64,000 bases of DNA, taken from NCBI GenBank assembly GCA_951406725.2, contig OX597815.1, positions 96,720,001 to 96,784,000 of the forward strand. The letters are read 5' to 3'. The position numbers and the translations under genes were made by a program. Below the pieces are notes generated by a model. It was not told the origin of the DNA. It worked only from the letters and a program-made list of their open reading frames with translations, and made no database searches. This document shows positions 42,251-54,052 of this stretch, one piece after another. Source of the stretch: Octopus vulgaris. Its lineage: Eukaryota. Each line of letters opens with the position of its first letter. The stretch's first letter is position 1.

Positions 42251-43015
42251 CGCCTTTATGCGGTTTAGGACAGTTGACTTGCTATCCCACAATGGTGTCA
42301 GGATTTCACCGCAGCACTTTCACTATACACTGATATATGTTTTAACGACACCGAAATGATGAAAGACAATGTTTTCCTCTGCGTGGATTTAACTCAGAAC
42401 GTACAGATGTACGGAATGCCACTAATCATTTTGCCTAGCCTTCTAATATTCGTAACAATCAACGAACTATGTGTTCTGATCCACAGCAACTCTGCGTTTG
42501 CATTGCCTACAATGACATATAAACATTATAGAAACGCACCACTTACAATGAAGTCGAATAATCGACTCGTCTCTAATCTTCGCGTGAAATATACAATATC
42601 ACAATCGGGAGCACAGCCTAATCATGTCCACAGTTTTCTATGCACATAATATAAAACTTCTCAGCTTGTCTTATCGCGCATGTTTTCCTACAGTCATTGA
42701 AAAACGGATCTTCACACTGAATCTAATCAATACAATGCCCCAGTTAAAGAGCCTGAAAAGCTAATGGACGCCACCCTTCTTAATTAAGCCTCAAAATGTG
42801 AAATTTAACTGAATAGATCGATCTTTCCAATTATGAATACAAAGTAATAAACGTCCCTATGTAAACGTTTTATGCTTCTTAAAGTTCTCCCCAAAAATCT
42901 TGGCTTGTTTTTGTAATATTGATTACAGTTTAGCTAATTAGTTATGAGAAGATTATTTACTTGTGCGCGATATATATGTTTGTGTATGTATTCTATGCCC
43001 TATATGTATATATAA

Positions 43016-43092
<77 letters not shown>

Positions 43093-45269
43093 TGTATTTA
43101 ATAAATTGTTTAATTAACCCATGCAAGATGTTATCAATGAAATAGAGATAATTTTATAATTGGATGAGGAAATCAATAATAGATTATCAAATAAAGTGCT
43201 AAAAGGAAGGATTAAATTTGTAGTGACAGTATTATATGTGATAATCATTAATTTATGGAATAACCTAGTCCTTTCATTCATAAATCAAGCGAATTTGTCT
43301 GTTGTATTAAAGGCATTAGCTAATTTTCTTTTCAAGAGTCGTTCAATTACATCAACCAGTTAACCAAGCCTAAGTTTTGTATCAATACCTTTTGTTTTCT
43401 ATCTCCTGTCACTCTCTCTCTCTCAATCTCGCTCTCACTCTCAATCTCGCTCTCACTCTCACTAGGTTTTCCGTGTGATTCCTTGTTCTGTTATTTCCTT
43501 CTTCTAACGATCCCCCATCACATCCCTTTCACCGTATTTATAGCTTCCACGGTGTACAATTAAGTGACCTTAACAATTGATACCATTCAATTTGCCTTTT
43601 AAGTTTAAAATTTCATTCATTGATCGATAGTCTTAAGCAATTCGATTCTACAGAGATTTTTAATCATTGATTTTTGCCTCATGACAAAAAATATAATCAA
43701 TCAAAGACCACTTAATTTTATATACTATTCAGAATATTATTTACTATGTAATCGTCGCTTTACTTATAACTCATTTGCAAAACAATAGCATACACAAAAC
43801 GCCATAATTCCACCAATTAGATTAGCGTCGTCTGGCTTCTAATTTATAAATTACGAAATAATTAATCCAGTTTTAAATTGCCAATATAATTAGTATATGT
43901 TTCATCTTCTTCAAACTATCTTTGAGATAGTTTAAAATATTCAGACCGTCAAAATAGAAAATGCCTGGACTTTCTAATTCTCCACACGCTTGGAATTTAA
44001 TTATTACCTGTATTGTAGGTTTTCAATTATACAAATATATCCTAAGAGAATAAATGATTACTAGTCCACACAATTACTTGATAGTAACTTCGATCGGATG
44101 GATAAGATGAATTACTATAGATTTACTTGTTACATTAAGAATATAATGGCATGTATGTCAAATGCACAGAATGCTATTTGAGTTGTAGATATCTATTTTA
44201 GTTTAATATCGAATAACCATATATTTCTCAAATAAAATTGTTATTGTCCTGTACTAAGTTATGCATCGAAAGAGGCCAAGACTGTTTGCTTGACTTCTTA
44301 AAAATTCAGTAAATTCTTTCTTGAATTGGATTTTACATTGCTTAAAAGAGGGCGTGCTTGATAAAACATTCTGGTATAGATTAATAAGAAAATAAGATGT
44401 GGATATTATGGCTTAATTGACTATATTTCAGCATAGTTATTTGTCCGTGAAAATAACTATCTAACTACAATATGACAATCAAACAAACTCCGACGTATCC
44501 CTTTTTTTTTTTGTCGAAGCCATAATATTACATATATTTTCACAACCACGAGAAAAAATTCCTTCTTGCGATAAATTACTACACCTGATCCATTATTCTA
44601 GCAATGGTTAGATAATAAAATTTCTAAAGCTGATCACTGTAAATAGATGCTCTAAACTCACTCAGCAAATTACTGGGAACAGTTCTATATCAATATATTT
44701 CAAGACAGATTCGAGAATATTGATTTTTGTAATTAACTTATCTGAATGCCCAGGTGTTTTTCGCCTGTGTGATAACAAAATGCAAAATACCTGACTGTAT
44801 AAGTTACGTACACGGGTAGACAAAAACAATGGCAATGGACTCTTTAATTTTCCAGGAAGAACACATTTTGAGGTCACATATTTGACATTGCATAAGTTTT
44901 AGACCCTCTACTAGAAATGCTGACTTTATTGGATATAGAAACTGGACGAGGAAAGAATTATTCCTCCTCAGAAGATAGCTAAAACATAGATATCAGCACT
45001 AACACGATGAGTTTAAGAAGAATTGACTATACGTTACAAATTAATGAAATCCATCAATGAAGATATGTAGAATGGATCTACAGAAATAGCAACCACCCGA
45101 AAAGGAAATCCCAATATTCTGTTTTCAAGAAAAGTGGTAAAATTGGAAAATAAAATTCTTGATTTGTTTCTCTTTTTCACCATTCATCATATATATGTAT
45201 GTATATAATTATGCATATATGTATGTATGTATGTATGTACGCATGTGTACATGTACATATGAAGATATG

Positions 45270-45327
<58 letters not shown>

Positions 45328-46192
45328 TATTTATTACTTGATTTTCCACCGAATTAATAGTTGAAGTGATATGTTTTAGAAAGTGACCGTTTAGAAGCCA
45401 TTACCAAGCTATTAATTTTGTATGAAGGAAATGTTCATTGTGTATGACGAAATGTTTTTAATGTGCACGTAGTTACAGTGGCAGGATCCGGTGATCATTC
45501 TTTTAAACCAGTACTCTTCAGACTGAGGAATTTCTATTCGAAAGAAATTCATAGGTTACGCAACATTTGTGAGAATACTGCAAAAACAAATTTCCTCAAT
45601 ATTTAATATCGCACTTACTCTCAGTCAAACAGGAAACAATATTTGCTTTATCAGACTAAAACCAGAGCGCATTTCGCTTAAATAAATGACCATCTATTTT
45701 TAATTAGGTCGCTTTACATCCTTTGTTCACTTAATGTCATTCTCCGATTTCAAGTTCATTCTGAAACCGATACAAATACTAATTAGAAATGCGTGTTGTT
45801 TCATTAAGAGTAAAATTTAAATAGAGTTGAATTGGAATGGAAGACGTAATATGCAGTATGCAAATTGTCTGACTATCTATTGTTCATCCAACTCATGCTG
45901 TGGTTCATACTGTAGATGTTTAAATAATTTTTCAGCTAGTTCGTTCCATCATTCCATTGTATTGATTAGAAATACGGCCGATGGTGAAACTTCAGGGTTC
46001 CATAAGTGCTAACAATACACTGCGGTACTTTCAAAAGACTTTTGCCACTTCCATTGAATGTGTGGTTATATGAATGAATATATACATATATATATATATA
46101 TACGTGAATAGATACATACATATATTTATACATACACATATATATATGTATATGCGTATTTTCATATATATATACATATATATGTACATATA

Positions 46193-46262
<70 letters not shown>

Positions 46263-46711
46263 CTTATACATATTTATATATATGTAACTGAACTGGAAAT
46301 GTGTATGATTATGTATAAAAGTTAACTGTATTTTTTCGTTGATGCGTAGCCGTTTTCATCTTCAATACAAAGTCATTTTATTTCTTATATTTATTTTCAT
46401 CTTACCAAACGTTCCAAAAATACTATCACGTCATTGTTTTGGTTTCTTTCATTATGATTCTTTCTAATATTTTACTCTTTTCTTTCATATTTCTTTTTCA
46501 CGTTTGAACCTTATTTTCTTAATATAATTTATAAGTACAGAAACACTGACATACAAGAAAAATATTTACTGATGCGAAGATACACATGAAGAAAAAAGAT
46601 CAAATATAGAAATATAGAAATAGAAATATATATATATGTGTAAGACAGCACATTTAGACATAAATATTTGTGTGTATGTTATATAGCTGCATTGGTATGT
46701 ATAGCTATTCG

Positions 46712-46775
<64 letters not shown>

Positions 46776-47030
46776 TAATAGTGTATGCATTTGTGTACTG
46801 ATAGATGTTAATATGCTTTTTTTCCCACGCTTGTTTTCCTTTTCCGTTTGTCTAGTTCTGTAGAGTTTTTTTTTTAATTGGTGGAATACATACATCTTTT
46901 TTTATATTGTACAATTCATTTTCTGGCTGATTTATTCCTCTGGTGCACATACTTTTTCTCTCGTTGTTTCTTAGTTAGTTACTTTGCACCTACACACAAC
47001 CAGCAGTACATAGAGCAATCATAGAAGAGA

Positions 47031-47145
<115 letters not shown>

Positions 47146-47150
47146 GTACA

Positions 47151-47186
<36 letters not shown>

Positions 47187-47930
47187 CACATGTATGTGCA
47201 TATATATGATAATGCGTGTGTGCACTAAGGAATTGACCACTTTCTTCTACGTGCTGTCTTGTAGAGATGTCTATGTGTTCTAAATGTATCTAATTCTCTT
47301 CCTCTACCATTCCCGTCTTCTTTTAGGCGGCTGTACGCATTTTTCATTACCTGAAATACTGTTTGTTATTTGTTTTGTTGTTTCGTTATCCCGAAACACT
47401 ATAACCATTCAATTTCTATTTGTGATGTTATTTTTATTATTCACTTGTGCTGTTATCTGTTGTTTAACAAAAACTGTTTTTAGCGATCTTTCTATTCCTG
47501 TTGTATCTATAATGTTATTTATTGGGCAGTACTTCGGTGTCTGCACACGATATCATTCACTCACACAATCTCTCTTCATAACATATAAAAAGGGCCTAAG
47601 TGAATAAAGAGGACGAATGATGTCTTATCAAATAGATATGCTGTAGACTAATACTGAAGTATCTCGTAATCATCTCTAAACGTTTGCACATATATGTGTG
47701 TGTGTAAATGTGTACATCTGTGTGTGAATTAGAGAAGGTAAGAGCGAGAAAGGGAGTGAGAAACGAAGAGTGTTGAGAAAACTCGATATAGATAGAGAGA
47801 ATGATAGACAATTTGCACGATGCATACATGCACACATACATACTTACATATATGTGTATCAGGGTGTGTGATCGTGTATGTGTATCCGTATGTGTGTGTG
47901 CGTACGTATGTATGTATATATATATATATA

Positions 47931-48720
47931 TACAAAATTTAGAGGACTGACCACTAGAAGTGGTAGATATAGACGTCAAAATCGCCATTTTCCATGAAGA
48001 ATTTGTTCTCAAGATAAAACACAGCAAAAAACAAAGTGTAAAAAGTAAGCAAGACAAATGAAAATATACGAAATAAAAAAACGATTACCTATGTACTAAC
48101 TAGTTTCACTTGTTAATATTTACGTATATGGACACGTGAGCATCTGCAAGATCATCAGCATAGTCTGTCGTTTATAAAACGCACTTTCCAGAACTAGATA
48201 CAGAACGCTCAATCGAAATCCATCATGCATAAAGTTCTACAAATTATATTTACGTGTATCTTTCAAATGCCTTCACTTTGGCGCGCAGAGATCGGAATTA
48301 TTCTGCAGTTAATAAACTACAGCAGTCAATATACCGGGTAGAGAACATTTTATTATTTAAAATTAAATTAGGGTTGAAATTGTTATTAATCAATTAAAAC
48401 CAGTGGCCTAGCATATTTTAAAGAAATTCGAAGATTAAAAATTTTGTACATACAAAATTTAGAGGACTGACGACTAAAATTGGACAGCCTATACGCTAGA
48501 TATAGACGTCAAATCGCCATTTTCCACGAAGAATTTGTTCCCATGAAAGAACTCATCAAAAAAAGTTTAAAAAATAAGCAAGACAAATGAAAATAAACGA
48601 AATAAAAAACGATAGCATATGTACTAATTAGTTTCACTTGTTAATATTTATGTATATGAACACGCAAACATCTGCAAACATTTCTTTAAGATATGCTAGG
48701 CCACAGGTTTTAATTGATTT
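47931..48720. repeat. Direct repeat of about 220 bp (47931-48149 and 48451-48677) plus a 40 bp inverted segment; PLE pseudo-LTR-like
   Basis: The two copies align directly, and 48388-48427 is inverted at 48680-48719. Flanked by (AT)n. Hammerhead-like relic at 48519-48565 on the minus strand. Confidence 0.75.
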
Positions 48721-48749
48721 ATATCAATATATATATAATTGATTTATAT

Positions 48750-48781
<32 letters not shown>

Positions 48782-48789
<8 letters not shown>

Positions 48790-48990
48790 AGAAAAGAAAA
48801 TGGAGATTGGGAAGTTATTAATGATTTATTATTAACAACAAATTAATCATTATCCCTTACATCTGTTTCAATTAATGCTCAATAAATATTAAATATATAT
48901 TAAAGTTATATCACCGGAGCATAATATCTTCAAAGTGAAAAATATACCTAAGGATGTTTTATGGATTCATTATAGCAGAATGAGTGATTA
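48782..48990 (-). mobile_element. PLE-type terminal fragment with hammerhead-like motif
   Basis: Minus strand reads ttgaaga-tattatgctc...gagcattaatt-gaaa-cagatgta-aggg. (AT)n on both sides. Confidence 0.55.
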
Positions 48991-49299
48991 TATATATATA
49001 ATCCCTTATATCGGAAGAAATCCCTTATTATCTGCCCCTGCCTGGAACTCTTCTTTGCACTTCATAACGAAGACATGGCACGATGTAGGTAAAGAACTTT
49101 GAGAAATTGAAAAGTTTACAGAAACCGGTTTTTCTCCAAAAACTATGTTACTACACACAAAATTTTATAACATTCTTCTAACATAACTAGTTAAATATAT
49201 TCTTTAACCTTATAAAACAAGCCTTCTGTAGTTTTTTCACTGTTTTCTACTTTTTATATATCTAACCACGTGCTTTCACAAACCAACTTTCTCACCTCA

Positions 49300-50427
49300 C
49301 TCTTACCACCTCCATTCACTACAAACACACAGATTCACACACATACCTAAACTTCTCATCCTCCCACCCCAAACACACCAAGCTTTCCATCCCCTATTCC
49401 CAATTCCTCCGTCTACGTAGGCTCTGTAGTGTCGACCATGACTTTGAGACTCAGTCTCAAATCATGGCTCGCCACTTCATCCTACGTGGATACCCCCTCA
49501 CCACTATCCACACCGCCCTTTCCAGAACACGTTCCGTAGACCGTGCATCTGCTCCCCCCCCCAACCCGCCCTGTAGTCTCCCGCCTCCCTTTCCCCCTCA
49601 CTTACCACTCCACGACCCTACCTCTCCAACGCACCATTCTTCCTTCCTCCTCCTCTCCCCTCCCCCTCCCCGTCTCCTTCATTCTCCTCTCTCCCCCTAA
49701 TATCCCCCCTCATCTCATCTCTCCCCTCCCCCTCCCACCTCCCCCTCCCACCTCCCCTTCATCCCCTCTCTCCAATCCCCCCTCCCCTCCCCTCCCCTCT
49801 CTCCCATCCTCCCCTCCCCTCTCTCCCATCATCCCCTCCCCTCACTTCTCTCCCCCTTTCACTCTCACCACAACCCCCACTCGACCCCAACTCCCAGCCG
49901 AACCCACACCCCACATGGGCTTTCCCCACTCTCGCCCCCACCTCCCCACAACATTACACCACACTACACTACAGCATACGACATTACACTACACTACACT
50001 ACACCATACTACACTACACCATACGACATTACACATCACATCATACTACATACACACGTCCAGACCTTTCATACGCACATACCTACTCTCTTATACACAC
50101 ACGCACCCTTATGTTGGGGCGAGGTCACTTGATCCTGTTATCTCCCTTACTATCCCTTTAGCGTCTAACTTCTGATCTCTGATTTCCGGCTGAAATCAGA
50201 ACACCATGTTTAATCGTTAGCTCCTGCACGCATTTTTTTCTCTCCTTGTTTCTTTTCTGTGTATCTTTCTGTTGAAGAGCGTAGGCTCGAAACGTAAAAG
50301 ACAATTTTTATTTCTATTCCTGAGCGCCATACTAATACAATTGTTTGTTTGTACTCCACCTGCCTTCGTCTTTAGTTTATTTTCGTAAACATGCCATCGT
50401 CTTTTGTTTATTTTCGTAAACCTTCCC

Positions 50428-50429
<2 letters not shown>
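49300..50429 (+). mobile_element. Penelope-like element: RT C-terminal region, low-complexity middle, pseudo-LTR with hammerhead motif
   Basis: TSIHYKHTDSHTYLNFSSSHPKHTKLSIPYSQFLRLRRLCS...FILRGYP...LPFPLTYH is the classic PLE post-RT region. It is followed by C-rich and (CACTA)n tracts, a hammerhead-like motif at 50264-50301, and an end at (AT)n. Confidence 0.9.
50264..50301 (+). ncRNA. Minimal type I hammerhead ribozyme-like motif (A6U variant)
   Basis: tcttt-CTGTTGA-a-gagc(gtag)gctc-GAAA-CGTA-aaaga: 5 bp stem I, 4 bp stem II, palindromic ACGU stem III, GUA cleavage triplet. Confidence 0.6.
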
Positions 50430-50489
<60 letters not shown>

Positions 50490-50536
50490 TTATTTATATC
50501 TGCGTATATGTATATATATATGTATGTGTGTATGTA

Positions 50537-51030
50537 TGTATAATTGTTGAAGAGGACAACAAACGTAAAAGCAAGACAAGCATCTCAAGTCATATACATT
50601 ATTATTATTGGAAAAAAAATTGGAAGTCTTACTGCTTTTTCTGGGATAACCCAGAGTATGGGATATTCCGTCATGAGAGAAAAATAGGAAAACTGAGAAA
50701 GGTATAGATCAATGAAATGACAACATGGGGGGGGGCAGGTGTAAAGAGAGAAGAAAGAAGTAAAAAGTAGAAAATATGAGGTTTATGTTTCTTTTTTCTT
50801 GTCTCCCTTCATCTCCTTATTCTTTTACTCCTGTCCTCTATGTGGTCATTTGATTAATCTACACCTTTCTCATTTTCCTTATTCATCTTCGATGACAGAA
50901 TATCCCATACTCTAGGATGTCCCAGAAAGAGCAGTAAGAATTGGAATTTTTCCAATAATAATAATAATGCATATAACTTGAGAAGTTTGCTCTGGCTTAA
51001 CGTTTGTTTTCCTCTTTAATAATTATACAT
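50537..51030. repeat. Long imperfect inverted repeat (arms of about 225 bp) made of two PLE-type pseudo-LTRs
   Basis: 50537-50760 is the reverse complement of about 50795-51030. Each arm carries a decayed CUGAUGA...GAAA..GUA motif. Confidence 0.85.
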
Positions 51031-51160
51031 CCGCTATATCGGATTATAAACCCATTGGGTCTATAACTACTTTCTCGGGTATAAACTTGGAGCCCTGGTA
51101 ATCCGTTACAGCACATACCTAGAGTACCTAATCGTTTAGGTCACCTGTGAACTAAACCCC

Positions 51161-51203
<43 letters not shown>

Positions 51204-51288
51204 CGTACAGACCTATATATACATATATGTACATACATACATATATATAGACATATGTATACATGTGTGTGTATATATATATGTATGA

Positions 51289-51341
<53 letters not shown>

Positions 51342-51593
51342 AGTAGGTGAATGAATTATCCTAGTATGGATAATTCGGTTAAACGATACCTGGGTAGCAA
51401 ATACACCATGTAGGCAATCATCAAAAAGTTTTTGTCCATCTTGAGGCTGTGTTCCTTGTTTTTCCTGATGCGAAGACGTTATAATACACCCTTTATTCCT
51501 TCGGAATTAAGAGTATGCAGTGTTCGAAACATGTGTTGAGAGTAAAGGAATTTTGTTAAAATCTTCGTTCGACTCCATTATTTCATTTATTCA

Positions 51594-51707
<114 letters not shown>

Positions 51708-52534
51708 AGCACATATATACATATGCGTGTGTATACTGACAGCATTGGCATATACTCACTGCTCACTCTTTAAGGAGCCTGTATGTTATTTGCGGGATCG
51801 AAATATGTTGCGAGGTGATAATATATAGTTGAACCAATTTTGGGGAAATATTTAATGGGTGTATTATGTGAGCAAATGTGACTGCTGTTGGATGCGATGT
51901 ACGTCATTGATGTACAGAAGGAAGAGAGTATTTTTCTAGGATGAAAACTGTTTGTTTCAGATTGGTTGGAAATGTATAGATTTATCACTCACAATTAGCG
52001 AAGCACTTCGTAATAATCGTCGTGCAAATATAAACAACCACATTCCTCGTGTGCTGAATATGCGTTTAAGCTCACAAACCCAAAGAAAGCAAGATATATT
52101 ATATTAGTCTTCGAGAAACTATATGCAAATACAGCGTTACCCCTGACAAATATATACTAAATATTATGCTTTCCATAAATTTCTGAAAACATTCTTATAT
52201 GAAAATACACAGCTGGTCTAAAAGACAAAACACGGATGAAAAATAAGCAAATATTTATTCTTCACACTTCTAATCTTTCTATTTAACACCCACTAGATGC
52301 CTCGTTATCTTGTTTTCTCTTTTCCGTATTTACTATTTTTTGAGCAAATAATTGTTCTTTGCATGACACTTTTGCAATACTTTCATATATCTCAAGTAAT
52401 GTATGCGATTCCCCACACTCAGGCACACACATGAATACATAGATGCGTCTATGTGATACTCTTTAAGGAGTCTGTATGTTATTTGCGGTATCCAAATAGG
52501 TTGCGAGGTGATAATAGATAGCTGAAAAATATTA

Positions 52535-52742
52535 ATTTCAAAAGTTGGTGCAAGGTCAGCACGAATGAGGAAAGGAATACGTCGATTACATCAACCCAAT
52601 GTATAGCTGGTACTTATCGATCTTCAAGGGATTAAGGGCAAACTTGACTTGGGTGGAATTGAAACTCAGAATGTGAAGACGGGCAACATGCCGCCAAGCA
52701 CTTAGCCCGGCGTGCTAATGATTCTTGCACCTCATAGCCTAA
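52535..52742 (-). mobile_element. SINE family A
   Basis: Reverse complement reads gaatcattagcacgccgggc...ctgagtttcaattcc...gataagtaccag...gatgtaatcgac...gctgaccttgcacc. Confidence 0.8.
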
Positions 52743-52760
52743 TTTGTGTAGAGCAAAGAT

Positions 52761-52920
52761 TAGGATAGCGAGATGACAGAATCTTTAATACGCCGGGAAA
52801 TAAACTTAGCAGTATTTCCTGTCACATTCGATGAAATGAGTACTATTTGTGCAGTGGGGTCTATGTAATCGACTTAACCCCACCCCCAATAAATGCTGGC
52901 CTTGTGCCAAAATTTGAAAC
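52761..52920 (+). mobile_element. SINE family A, internally deleted
   Basis: cagaatctttaatacgccgggaaa...atgtaatcgactta...gctggccttgtgccaaaatttgaaac. Confidence 0.8.
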
Positions 52921-53244
52921 AAGAGTACATGTGACTTCATTTTCTTTTATAAATAAAGTTTTATATTTGCGTTCAGTTTAGAACATAATTGCTATTGTAT
53001 ACTTGGAATTGCTATATTAGCTTCGGCCTGATGATTAGGATTGGAAAAATAGAACTGTAAATTATGCTATATTATGGGCCAAATGAATCTAAATATCGGT
53101 CCTTATAATTAATATTGCGCAGAACTGGGGGAGATTCGATGTTGTCCAAAATATTGCAAATGCGATCTTTACCTGACTGCCGATAAACTGTCGGGAGTGT
53201 GTTTAAATGGAATGCGTGTTTGTGTTTGTGTGTGTGTATGTGCG

Positions 53245-53280
<36 letters not shown>

Positions 53281-53329
53281 CGTTTCCGTGTGAGTGTATG
53301 TGCATGTATGTATCGACATGACAACAGCA

Positions 53330-53384
53330 GACTGACAGACTGACGGGCAGACAGACAGAAAGACAGATAGACAGACAGACAAAC

Positions 53385-53482
<98 letters not shown>
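53330..53482. repeat. (GACA)n/(GATA)n microsatellite
   Basis: Direct reading. Confidence 0.97.
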
Positions 53483-54020
53483 GTAATCCTGTATTTTGGA
53501 ACGCTCTTGCCTGTTATTCTGTCGTGATTTATTATTTTTTTTACATATTGAACGAAAATAAATATCTAAATATATATTTCTTTATATACTTTTACCTACA
53601 ATATATTCTTTGATTCTACTCATGTTTGAAAAAATAAACACTAAAATCGTTTTATTTTGGATGTGTTTTTGAAATGTTTTTCTCGATATACATAAGTAAT
53701 ATTTTATGTATTTCTAAGTCAAGTTTTAAAAACCAAATAACATTAACAACTAAATGACATAGTTCATCTTACTACAGACAATCTTCTGCTAGAAACAAGT
53801 AAAATAATTGGATTGCGCGCTCATTATCTGAGGTTTGCAATTATACTGTTGCCATGGTACAAATAAAGAAATATTGGTAGAGAAGCATCAATTTTTCTAT
53901 AACCTAAAAACCAAAAAAATGATTATAATATCAGATAAGTTGTCACATAAACATAATAGAAAAGAACTTTAATACGAGCAAAAGATACACATACTTGCTT
54001 ACATGTATATGTACATGTAC

Positions 54021-54052
<32 letters not shown>

